From positions 3,293,404 through 3,357,403 of the forward strand of contig CAJFCJ010000007.1 of NCBI GenBank assembly GCA_904063045.1: a stretch of DNA of 64,000 nt, in the 5' to 3' direction. Below, in pieces: positions 1 through 12,430 of this stretch; the stretch's first letter is position 1, and the number at the start of each line of letters is the position of its first letter. Origin of the DNA: Dimorphilus gyrociliatus (lineage: Eukaryota > Animalia > Annelida). The notes beneath the pieces were generated by a model. That model searched no databases. It was not told the origin of the DNA and was given only the letters and a program-made list of their open reading frames with translations. The position numbers and the translations under genes are program-made.

Positions 1-772
1 ACACAATTCTCCCTTGCAATCAAGATTTGTATTTATACAAGCGTTACTACTGTTTGGGTTGTTGTAGAAACATTTGTAAGAGAGTAAACTAATAAATAAC
101 ATAGACGAATTTCGAATCTTGAATGATAGAACTGGAAGTTTCTCAATCCTTACAATATATCCAAGCTCACTTTCACTGTTCGAGGATGTATCGCATAAAC
201 AAGGATTCATTGGATCTTGTCCTAAGCACATATCTTTTGTATCACGACCCCACTCCCAATTCTCTTTCGTCTCGCCGAAAATACTGTCTTTGTAAGTCCA
301 CATTAAATTATTTCTTATCTTGTGACCAGCTGAGCAGCTCAGAGTTATGTGAAGCTCACAGTAAAAAGAGTCACGAGTAAACAAACTGTATGAAGAAGAA
401 TTTGTCTAAAATTTAACTCTTAAATTAAACTTCTACTTACTGTACAGCTCGCCAGTCTCCATGATAAACCACATCGTGTGTACAAAATTCACCTGAACAA
501 ACGCCCGTTCCTAAACTTGCACTAAAAGTATACCTTTCTGCGTTATTTACACTATCGCAGAATCCCTCCAAACGATAGCCCTTATAAGTTTGATTGAAAC
601 CTATCTGTGCGTTTGTATGTTCACATAGTTCGACCACTCCTGTAAAAAATAAAGTTGTTTTCGACAAGTTTGATAAAATAATTGAATAAAAATTCATGTT
701 TTTACCACAGTAAACACATTTGAAACTTAGAAGAGAAAGAAAAATAAACTTGAAGCTAAACATAGCATTCAT
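1..772 (-). CDS. Secreted protein with a CASPR/neurexin-IV-type fibrinogen-like domain; 3' end runs off the window
   Basis: Exons 772-706, 639-441 and 385-<1, with GT-AG introns 640-705 and 386-440. Signal peptide MFSFKFIFLSLLSFKCVYCG. Exon 3 is an open frame reading ...DSFYCELHITLSC...WEWG...CLCD...ELGYIVRIEKLPV, which resembles the CASPR pattern S..CEQ....C...W...CNCD...D.G.....LPV. Family call is by recognition only. Confidence 0.65.
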
Positions 773-1079
773 CTATTAAGCTCCAACAGATGAGTGAACC
801 ATGAAAAACTTTTCTATGCAATGAATTAATAATGAGTATGTGACTCTCTCCAATAATCAATTATCAATGATAAATATAAATCTACTACTCTATAGAAAAA
901 GAATCTCTTTCTCTCAAGGCTTCATTTATTGAAGATAGCTTGTAATCAGTAAAATTTCTAATTTTCTTGCTTTAGAATTTTTTGTATTCTTACAAAGAAA
1001 ATAATAAATAATATTTTATAAATATTTATTAAAATTTAGAAAATATAAAGGTCTCTTTTCAATTCTATTGCTTTGTATT

Positions 1080-1120
<41 letters not shown>

Positions 1121-3130
1121 TCCAATGGAAGAGCAGTGATCATTGAAATTAACTGCTTATTGATCCTAATTTACAAATACATCAAATATGTTGATTCCTT
1201 TGTGAGTATGAGCATATTATTGGAGAAGTGTTCTACATTCTCTTTGTTCGCTATAAGTAAAAATACGATAAAGTGATATATTAAACCGTGTTATAAACGT
1301 TTTCTAATCAGACTAAAGACTAAAGAGCATATCTGATACAAAAAAAACCAGAAAGGGAATAGAAATTAATAAGGATTACACTTTAAGTCCTTCGAATTTT
1401 TTCCTCATTAATTATTAACCGAGATGATAAATGCATAGAAAAAGACAAATAAATTCAATCTGTATTTGCTACAAGTATATAAAATAAACATATGAAATGA
1501 TAGAAATGATGATCATCCTTTGTCTGAAAATGATCATGTAAGTCAGCAAACTGTAAAAGATCTTACATTACAATCAAAACTTCTTATAGTTTATAGAAAA
1601 AACATTTATAATAGTTTTGATTATTGGTCTCGTATCTAGTGTATTTTTATACTTTTATTGAACAGTCCTATATCATTTAACATGTTCAAAAAGAATTCAA
1701 TTCGCCAAAAAAATATTCCAGACTATAATTAGCTCAATCACCTCATCCTTCTTTTATTTACCCTACTATTTATTATGTCTTACATTTTTATCGTTTTCTT
1801 TTGTCTCTCTTTTTCTTCATCACCGACTTTCAATAATTCTTATTGGTAAGTATAGAACAGAAAGAATCGATCATTTTCGTTCTAGCTCATACTTTTTCAC
1901 CTAGAAAAAACAAGTTACAATGGCTTTCTATAAATAAACTTGTGGGACAGCAATTTATTAATTGTTCATAAAGATTTTACCAAAAGTGAATGATATCATC
2001 CATATTTGATAATTGATATGAAAACGATAACTTTTAATGGGTATTATAATCAGAACAATAGCACAAATATTCGATTAATACAAAGACGTCTTTACAAAAA
2101 AATAAGTTTTAGAAATTCTAATAATTAATTGCATTTCGTATAAAATATCATTACCTGCTTTACATATCAAAACTATTATAGTATAATAGACTTTCTGGAA
2201 ATTTTTCATATTTTATTCTTCTAAACTTTTCTTCTGACACCTTTCTTCCTCGTGATAGCTATGTCTTATAGTGCTGGTGGAAATGCATTAGCAAAGTATA
2301 TATATCTTGCTTAATCAATATGAAGTTTGTTCGCTCTAAATAGTTTGCGCTTTAATGACAGTAATTTTCGATGTATATGAAAAAGAAGAAAACAGCATTA
2401 CTTCAATAATCGTTTAAGTGATTATTGCCCTTTGGCTGTGAGAGATAACTTGAACAGTTTTTTTCAAGGCATAATAGATGCTCTATAACAAATAGGTGTA
2501 ATGTTTAATTCTCATCGAATATTGCTCTGCTTCTTTTTGACATTTGAGATAATAAATCTGCAAATAATCGTGTATCATTAAAATATTTTTAAATTGATTT
2601 TAATCCTCATATTTATACTTGTTTATACCTTCAGCCGATCAATCTTTTATAAACTTTTCCCAGAATTTTATTCTTCTATTAATAAATTATTAAAATTTTA
2701 TATATTTCTTAAGATTTTCTAAAATTATCCAGATTATCGATATTTTTCTTTCTATATCGAGAATATATAAAAAATTCATCTCACTTAAACTTGGTTATTC
2801 GATAAAATTCGAATGTTCCTTAAAAGTTTGGTTACATTCTATTTGTAATTCTTTTCGTTATCGTTTAAAGCAAAAAAAAATTTAGAAAAAAAAGTAGTAT
2901 GTATTCATATTTCCTTTTGAAATATATATCTATTATTAAAGATTACTAATTCCAATAGTTTAAATTGTTCTGCTTTATTTGTAATATAAGCGGTGGTTTT
3001 ACTCCGTGAAAACTGGTACAGTTGCTTGATATTTTTAAAGGTATATTTTGCATATAATGGCGGAGTATCGAAAATTTGATTTATAAACAATAAAAACATT
3101 CAGTTAAAAGTTTATAAATTTTAGATCATT

Positions 3131-6100
3131 ATGGCGGAAAAAGCTGATCAGGAGCTTGATGTTAAACCCTTAATAAAAAAATTATGTATGTGTGAGATAC
3201 AGCATTATTATTTTATAAAGAGCATGTTTGAACTTGTTTTCAGCTCATAATATTGAAGAAGTTCGGATTAGAGCCTTGCAGAACATCCGAAGCAAACTAG
3301 AATATAAATTATTGTGTGATGCCGATCTCGTTCATGAACAGCAATTATTTGTTGCACTATTAAATTGGTTTAACTATGCTTCTTGTCCTTGTCAGGCCGA
3401 AGTTCTCGATCTCCTTCACCGGCTCACCCTTGTACGTGTTAATAGGAATAAAATAGAGCTATTATTATAAAAATACTCAAATTTATAGCATAATGCAGGG
3501 ACCGAACTCCTCTGCCAAATGGGAGGGATGGAATTTCTCTCCCAACTTCGGTTGAACCTTCCCAGTGAATTGAAAATAAAAACAGACTCAATTCTAGAAC
3601 GGTTACTTCATTTACCCTCGCCTGAATATCAATATCATAAATGCATATTTCAGCCTCAAGAGAAAACCAGTAAAGTCCTATATAGTTGAAAATTATATAA
3701 TTAAACTTCTATTTTCTTTAGAGAAAAAAATCAATCCAAACCTATCAAAAAGCTATTCAACTACTGAACAAAAGACTGACTCTTCTATTCCCCAAACATC
3801 ATCAACAGATAGTACGTATCGATCTCCAAGGTATGGTTATTTCGATAGTATGGTGGACTCAAATAACAGTTCTATTAGAGGTACATTACATTATCAATTT
3901 ATTAAAGCATATATAAATGTATACATATATATATAATACATCTCATTATTCAGAGACACTTAAGTGCTTTAAATTTTTTACCTTCCCATGGCTACGTCTC
4001 TGTAGAATGGATCTTGATGTTCTTGTGAAGAGTGAAAGGTTAGAAATAAGAAATTCCTTAATAGCAATAATAGAAATTGAAATTATTGAATTTGTCTATT
4101 TAGCTCATTAAAGAGTAATGATACAACCACAATTTCGCAAGCTTGTGATCTTCTTTCTCAAGTTATTGTTCATGACTTTCCAGCTGAGATATTTCTCCAG
4201 AGGCCTAGTTATATTCAGGTTTTTTTTCAATTCTTCTAATTCGTTAAAAATCTTTACTATGCTCCGCAAATATTTAATGGATTATTTTATTTAAGACTCT
4301 TACATCACTTTTGGAAAAAACTGACAACTTGGATATTAAAGAAAGGCTTATTTCATCTACTAGATATATAGCTCAGGCAGTTCTCTCTAGAATATTTCAT
4401 TGTCAAGATCCAGCTACATTCTGCACTAAGAACGGTTAATTTTATTGACATATCCATCTCAATATTTAATTTTTTTTATAATTCGCCTCTTTATTTTTTA
4501 GTTTGGGAAAGTAATTCGACAATTCAAACGGAAACATCCGAAAGTGATTCTTTTTCCAGTTCGGAATTAAGGCCATCTGGCGTTACCGGATCGATGAGAC
4601 TTGCTGGAGATGGGGAAGCCGGAGAAGCACTATCAGCCAAGTAACTAATTATTAAATTTTCTAATGTAGGCAATTTTGAACAGTATAACTATTTTTATTA
4701 CATTATTTCAGCTCGTCAAGTGTCTCTTCAAGTACAAGTCGTGGTATTCGTGATCCATCTTTGAGAGAAGATGTTCACATTCTCCACGAGGATATTTCAG
4801 CTTTACAATTTGTCCAAATAACTACACCAAAATACTGCGTAACAGTCTGGAAAGTTTGCGTTCCCATACTTGAACTCTGCGAACCAACTATGTTTGTTGA
4901 ACTAATGCAGCTATTCGACTATGTATATTAATTATATATATAAATTCGTGGAATTCTAATATTTTAGTATTTTCGTTTTGAAAACAGATTTTAAAGATAT
5001 GGTGCGAATCCGTCGATAGAGAAAGTCTTTGGACTGAAAATTGTCATTCCGTTATCGAGATAGTAATATTCTTTTACTTGACAATGCATATATTTGATCG
5101 ATATTTTATAATTTTCTTGTTTGTCAGACTGATCAACTTCTTGAGATTTTGATAAAACTTTCGGAAGTTGTAACGCGTTTGCACGATAGATTAACAGTTA
5201 AATTATCAACTCATCGACTTCAGAAGGAAGATATAATTAATGTCGAACAATCTTTAATTGGTTGTGGTCTTTTACTTTCTAACCTATTGGACCACGCTTT
5301 TACCGAATCTCAAGTAAGTTTTTGGGTAAATACTTGTTTTTATAGAATTATTGATAAAATATTTCTAAAAATAGGCAAAAAAGTGCATTGACGATAGTTG
5401 TATTGAAACTTTGCAACATTTCTATAATGATGAATATCTTTTCTTATCTTTTCCAACTATACGAAAAAGTGTCGGTAAATATTTACAAATTTTAAAACCA
5501 GAAGCCTACAAGGATTTTGAGAGAGCGGAAATTGTTTCTGAAAGTTTGACGAACTGCTGTAAATTTCTTTTAAGTTTTCCCACTCAGAAAGAGGAAAATT
5601 TTTTAGAAATAGCACAGTATGCGGAGAAATCTTTGATCAGCGTCGTATATCATTCTAGCTCTTCCTACATAAGAGGATCTGTACACTTAGCATGTCAAAT
5701 GTATGCTATTTAATACCTGCAACAAATTATTATTATTTTTATAATTACATCTTTGTAATTACCAGAGCGAAAAGAGTATCACCTAATCCAGTAGCAGTAG
5801 AGAAGTCAAAAAACGTCCTACTTTGCCTGTTAGCCCATTCAAATTCTACTGTTCAAAGACTAGCCTATTCGACTTGTTTATCTATTATACGAGACTCATT
5901 AAACGCCGAGAGAGCGTCAAATCCGACTGCTGCATCAGTATTGAATGTAAAATTCATATCAGATGTCGATGTTCTGAGAGAAATTTGCTTGTTCGGGATT
6001 CCGTGTCAGGATAAACAAGTTTGTTTATTTTAGTAAAAAGTTCGATTTATAATCTATCTCTACAATAATATTGCAGATATCGAATGATGCAATATCAATT

Positions 6101-9100
6101 ATCATTCATCTCCTCCAAAGCGAGTTAATGCTACCAGCAAATCAATGGAATCTGCTTGTTCATCAACTCCTACCCATTTTACCAATTATACTAGTACTTT
6201 TATATTATATTGATCTATTAAATTTCATTTAAATTATCTCAACTATTGACAGAGTTATGCAGAAAATTCTACAAGACTTGGAAAAATTATTCTATCTTTT
6301 ATCGAACCAACATTTAGATCAGAACCTTCGATTCCTTCTTTTCAAATACTTCGTTCAACTATAAGGCTATTGTATTCACCTCTAGCAAGGTATTGATGAC
6401 AATCAAATTAACAATAGAATATAAAAAGATTAACTATGCTTCCTCCAGCATACGATCAACAATGATAGGTAGATTGTTGGAAATCGTAAGTAAAGAAAAA
6501 GATAGTTCATTTAAATTCGTTGAATTATCAAATGTTACATCAATGAGCAATCTACTCTTTATTGATGCTCCAAGATCACTATTGACAAAGAATGATGCGG
6601 ATTTTGAGGTATTTATAAAACCTAAATGCTAATTAAATTTTCTAAAAAAAAACCTTGCTAAATTAAATTTGCAGAAAGAAAATCTAATAAAGATTATGGA
6701 GATATTTACGTCAGATAGTACAGATTGGGGTGTAAAAAAGTCAGCTGCAGAGCAGATATCTATTATGCTTGATTGCGTCAAATTGCATGAATACTTCATT
6801 AAACGAGGCAGTTTTGAATTCATCACTGATATAATACACAAAGGCGTCAGAAAATGGGAAGAAAGCAGTAATTATTCTCCTCTTTTGCCATCTTGTATTA
6901 GAATTAGTCGGAGTTTGATAGAAAATAATATTGAATTGAGAAGAAGAATGGCATCTGATGAGTCTTTTACTTATTCTATTGTTCGATGTATGTTCTACTG
7001 TATTAAGTTCTCCGTTAATTAAGCAATATTCTTTCATCGCCAGGCGCTCTATTATATCATAATGAACCACTTATAAAGCCAGATTTATCACAATTGCTCG
7101 CTTTCCTGGTTTTTGATGAAGTTTTCGCAATGCAAATCATGTAAAAGAAATAATTAAAAATTATAGCATTCCTAATTATTTAAATGAACTGTTACGTATT
7201 TTAGTGAGGAAGAAACCAACAATGATAAGACACCTCATAACGTTCTCTCATTGCCATCAATTATTTGCAAAAAGTATAATTTTTTTATCACTATCACTCT
7301 ACCCCTTAATACTAAACCAATTTAATAATTTTCTCTTTTTGCAGATTTCAACTTCCAGTCAGAACTGGGCATCATGCAGTTAAATCCTCTCATAGGATTC
7401 CAGAACCCCCATCAAAGGATTCACTATCATCAGGACAATTATTTTCTTTGTTAAAATTACGATGGAATATCGCTTGGTTTGGAGGCGTTCAGTCTATTAT
7501 AGAGTTACATGAAAAGGATAAGTTAGTTACCGATAAACAATTCAATAGTGACCTTCAACTTACCGACAACGAAGTATTATTTTTAAAATATTGCTACTTA
7601 AAATCAGCTTTAAAGGTAAAATAATAATATAATTTATTAAAATTGTATTGATAATTGCTTAACTATCCTTTAACTAGAATTGTGCTTATGACATATCAAA
7701 CGCCACTTCTCATAGAACGCTTAGTGAAACATTGAAAATTTTGGCTTGTTACATTGTTATTGGAAAGAAATTTGACGCAATCAAAATCTTATGCAACACT
7801 GAATGGACTAATTCTATCGAAAGGTTTCAAATTCTTTTTGTCTAAAATCAAAGTAACAGATTAATTTATAAACTGATTTTATGTCGAAATAGATTCCTTA
7901 CTACAATACCATTATCTGAGGCTGACACTAGGCTATTAAATCATTTATCATCCCTTATCTGTTTGGTTTTGTCGCATGACGATGGGAAAGAGATTGCCTT
8001 ACGTAAATGGTTAATAAAGACTATTCAGGGATCCAACTCCGCCTTTCTGGCTTTGGTTCGACGTAACCATGAAAAGGAACCTAGTCAATTTTGGAGTTTG
8101 CGGAAGTGAGATTTCACTTTTTTTTGTTATCGCATTTGATATTTAACTATTCTATTGTCCTTTAAAGAAAGGTTCGGGGACAGCTAATCGCAATGCTTTG
8201 TAATATTATATCAACACCTCCTTACGACGGGGAAGCAGATGAAAGTATGGTCAGGGGAGTTATTGTAAGACATGTTCTGGATACTCTTCATTTGTCGGCC
8301 CCTTGTGAAAATTTCAACCTCGTTGATATGCAAAATGTATTATGCTGTTTATTACATGTAACTGCTCGATATGGTTGGAGCATGTGCTCTTCTAAAGACG
8401 AAAGTTTGGATCTTTGTCAAACCATTTTGGATAAACTATTACAGGTTGAGTTTATTGGTTTTTAATCAATATATACGCTGATTTACAAATAGAGTTATTA
8501 TAATTAATTTAATAAAATTTATATTCCATAGGTAATTTCATCTATACATGTTGGTCGAGGTGGAATGGGACATATATTTTTAGGTGGAGGAGTTACCAGA
8601 AATGCAGCCATCTGCTTGCGACATCTGGCGGCGGAAATGCATGCTACGCTTAATGTAAATAGCTAACATAATTCCCTTTGATAATACAATTAATAGTGTA
8701 TCTTCTTCAGAGTGAAGATTGGCCGAGACAGTGGTTATTCCCGGATGAAGGGTCGATTCATACTGGAGGTTTATCTTGGTTACTCAATTTATGGAATTAC
8801 CGAGATGTTGAGGTTCGGGCAACGGGTGTTGCGCTAGCTGCTGCCTTAGCCACAACCGAAAGTGGCAGAATAACTTTAACAACGCAATGCCAGCATATCC
8901 CTGGAGGAATTTGGGGAGCGGCTTTTACTTTACTTCTCGAACATAAAGAATGCAGTCTTGTTCGTTCTCAGGCCGCTCTCCTCCTTGTAAACTTAACTTC
9001 ATCACCAATGCCTGGTGGGAAAGGTGATAATATTGCGGATTCTACAGCTTTACAGGGTGTTTGGTTGGGTCCCATTATAAGGAACGAGGAGGAAAATTTA

Positions 9101-11981
9101 TTTGGTCTCGCGGCGTTAGATAAACTACTCCATTACGGTCATTTCTTCTTCGAAATTAGAACTTTAATATCCCACTATTTCTTTCAACCGGCTATTCATC
9201 CCGTTTCTGCTGTTCCCTCATCCCGAACTCAAACATCAGCAGGTTCCTCCAGTGCAGCCACAACTATAACCGAAACAAATAGCTTCCAAAGTTCCACTAT
9301 AAATGACCAGATAGTTTCCACCCCTCAAGACATTCGCCCTATAACTGTCGGGCGATCGGATAGCCTTGAAGATGGAAATGGAACAAGTATGAATCCCCCC
9401 TTCTCTCATAATTTTATTACATATGTAATAGGATTATCTAAAAACCTTTTGTTTTATTATTTTAAGGTCAAGCCTTGCTGGGATTAAACATAACTATGTC
9501 AGAATTTGAGAGCGTGTCAACTCCAAGCCTCGTTTGTGTCGTTTGTAAATTGTTACAAAATCTTGGAGCATTACTCCCTCAGAAGGTTATTTTATCATCA
9601 TTCAAAGATGGAGTTTTTGAGTCCATTATAAAGTATGTAATTAAATAACAATCAATAATCTAATTTCTGACAATTACGCGCTTTTCCTATTGACTAACAG
9701 CCTTATTCTGGATGCTCCATCGTTATTGGAATCTTACGTAAATGATATTAAAAATATTCAAGATCCTAAACAACATTTATTAACCTTAACGGATATTTTG
9801 AAAATGCTACAAAGCATACTAGACTTTTTAAGATTATGTATGAAAAATTCTATTATATTTTGCGCAGGCCTACTAAAAGATACTGATATGCTGAAAAAAC
9901 TTACCGATTTACTAGGATTTACTTGTTTTCGTAAGTAGAATAATATCTTGTTAGATATCTAGACTAGTCAAATAAGAGATTATTTGTTAGCACTTATTAT
10001 TATGTTTGCTTTTTTTATTAGATACAAATATCATACGACGAGAGTGTGAAAAGTTGTGGCAGAGCATTTTTCTCTTTCATACAACTTTAGTACAAGGATT
10101 GGGACAAGACGCACTAATTACTCTAACGCGAGTCTTCATAAATAGATGGGACATTGTCATAGGTAGGTAAAATTAGATAATAGTTCATTGTTCTCCTTAA
10201 AATGGAACTCTAATTAAATCGTCCACCAGGTCGTTGCTTATGTATTCTTCAATTGGATGATTATAATCGGACGAGCTTGTATTACGCGACCTTGACATTT
10301 CTTAGCCAATTATTAAATGAGGAAGCTCAGCTTATTGAAAGAGATGAGAAATATTCGTTTGCTAATTTCTTAGACAAAATTGAAGGTTATTGTTTATTCA
10401 AAGGAGCTTTACGATTTTCAACTGATTTAATGAAATTTTTTCATAAGGTGATGAAAGCAAAGATTTTACTACCAATAAAAGAAATAGCGAACTAATATGC
10501 TCATATCTAATAAAATCTTATGATTTTATTAAGCTCAAATCAACATCAGAATATGCCGAAGAAAAAGGCGCTATAATAAACTGTTTAAAATCATTATTTG
10601 CTGTTAGTTCCATCGCAAGACTAAGTGCATTAGAAGGTCAGCATTCATGAATAATTTGTTTAGAAATCTGTTTATTATCTTAAATTTTTTGCTAATTAGA
10701 TGGGTTCCTCTCAACAATTATAGCACATATTAACTACTTAATTTACAAATTGCAAAGAGATCAATTCCAAAAATCCTCAAAAAAGAAGGAAAGCGTCTAC
10801 ATATTAGAGTTAATTTGGAACGCCGAACTTTTAAGAAATGCCATGTACAAAGAGCCGAAAACCAAAGTAAGCTATATATATATATATATGTATCAAATAA
10901 ACTATGACAATTTTCTAATTCTAAGGAGGTGGCCTGTGACGAAAACTTAGCTCAAATAATACACTCTTGTTGGACGTGGTGCCTAAGCGATTTATCGCTT
11001 TTACAATCTATGTTAGCCTTGTTAAGTACTTTTACAGCAAATTCCGAGAAAGGTTAAATAGGATATGTTTTATTATTTTAAACGCTATTGTAATACCTGA
11101 ATTCTAAATTTTAGCTTCAAGCTCCTTAGCATTTACCATAGCACATGGTGACAGCAAATTTATACAACAACAACACAGTAGTAATTCATTAGTTCACAAT
11201 TTAATTAAACTAACTTCTAGGTAAAGAAAAACTATTTTCTTCTTTATAATTTACTCTTTAATAGTGTTTTTACTATATTTAGAGAAACTTCGAGTGGTAA
11301 TATTGTAACCCTACGCTTGATATTTGGAATTTTAGTCAATATCTCGTTTTCACCGGAATGTAGAGGTATCATATGCAAGGTAATAAATGATATAGAGTTA
11401 ATAATTATACCCTGGTATCAATACGATATTTTTTTTCTTGTACAGAATAATTTTCTTAATGACTGGATTAAAAATTGCAATCCCCGAAAAGCAAATAAAA
11501 GTAAAACTCAGAGAGTACTTGATACATTATGGTTACAACTTATTTTATCATTATCTTTACGAGAGGAAGGCATTCAACAGTTGATTAAGATACCACAATT
11601 TATTCATCTTATCACTGATATAGCTGAGCAGTGCTCTGATTCTAAACAACGTAGTGCTTTAGTTATATTGAGAAATTTGTGTTGCCATAATGCTGTAAAA
11701 CAAATGCTGTTGGGCCAAGGTACTTTATTTTACTTTTAAAATTAATAAATTATACAGAATTTGACTTCCCCTTTTTAGATAGCGTGGTTGCTTTATTTCT
11801 GGCATGCTTGGATTCAGAAAGCCTACGGGATGTAGCTGTTTCGGCTTTGTATGCATTATGTTATAATAATCAAAAGGCCAAAACCAAATTAAAGAAAAAC
11901 GAGGTTTTAGAAAAGCTGAAAGACTTTAACGAATCACACAGAGATGCTTCCAATCTTTTGATTCTTTTAAACGCCGTCTGA
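3131..11981 (+). CDS. RTTN: Rotatin (centriole/cilia armadillo-like helical protein), about 36 exons
   Basis: Spliced N-terminus MAEKADQELDVKPLIKKLSHNIEEVRIRALQNIRSKLEYKLLCDADLVHEQQLFVALLNWFN matches the rotatin N-terminal domain. Further hallmark segments are FFTFPWLRL, DFPAEIFLQRP and GIWGAAFTLLLEHKECSLVRSQAA. About 35 short GT-AG introns were traced in frame. Stop TGA 11979-11981. Confidence 0.95.
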
Positions 11982-12430
11982 CGTACCTGAAGCGCCACCC
12001 TATATTCTCTTTTTTTTTCGCGCTCTGTAGAAAAATAGAACATTTTATTATAATTTTCGTACATTTTTAATAAATCACTTTTCAAGCATATATGACTTTG
12101 TAATTTTTGAAAAAGCAAAAAAAAAAAATATTAATTATTTTCGTAAATTAAGTGCGGAGCGCCAAGCTAACTACTTCAATATGGCGGATTGATTCCATGA
12201 TAAAAGACTTTTCTCGAATTTCTATCCCATTACGTATTCTATTCGTTTTTTTTTAGAAAAAGGTAAAAATATCTTTGAAATAAAACATTTTTTGTTAATA
12301 ATTTTGTTTATGATTTATCATTGGATACCACTTAAAGCCAAGTATCTCCGAAATTCGATCTTGTCGTCCTTTCGAGCACATAATATACTCATCTTTTGTT
12401 GTTATAATCATTTCAGATTTTGAAATCAAG

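Noticed and set aside
1740-2314. Possible gene remnants: intron-like 1846-1885 and peptide MSYSAGGNALAKY (2261-2314) resembling a hydrolase nucleophile elbow
   Set aside because: The 40-nt intron is shorter than any confirmed intron here, and all frames are closed by nearby stops. No coherent model.
8618-8631. CTCF-like GCGACATCTGGCGG inside RTTN
   Set aside because: It lies in coding sequence (LRHLAA) and is explained by codon content.
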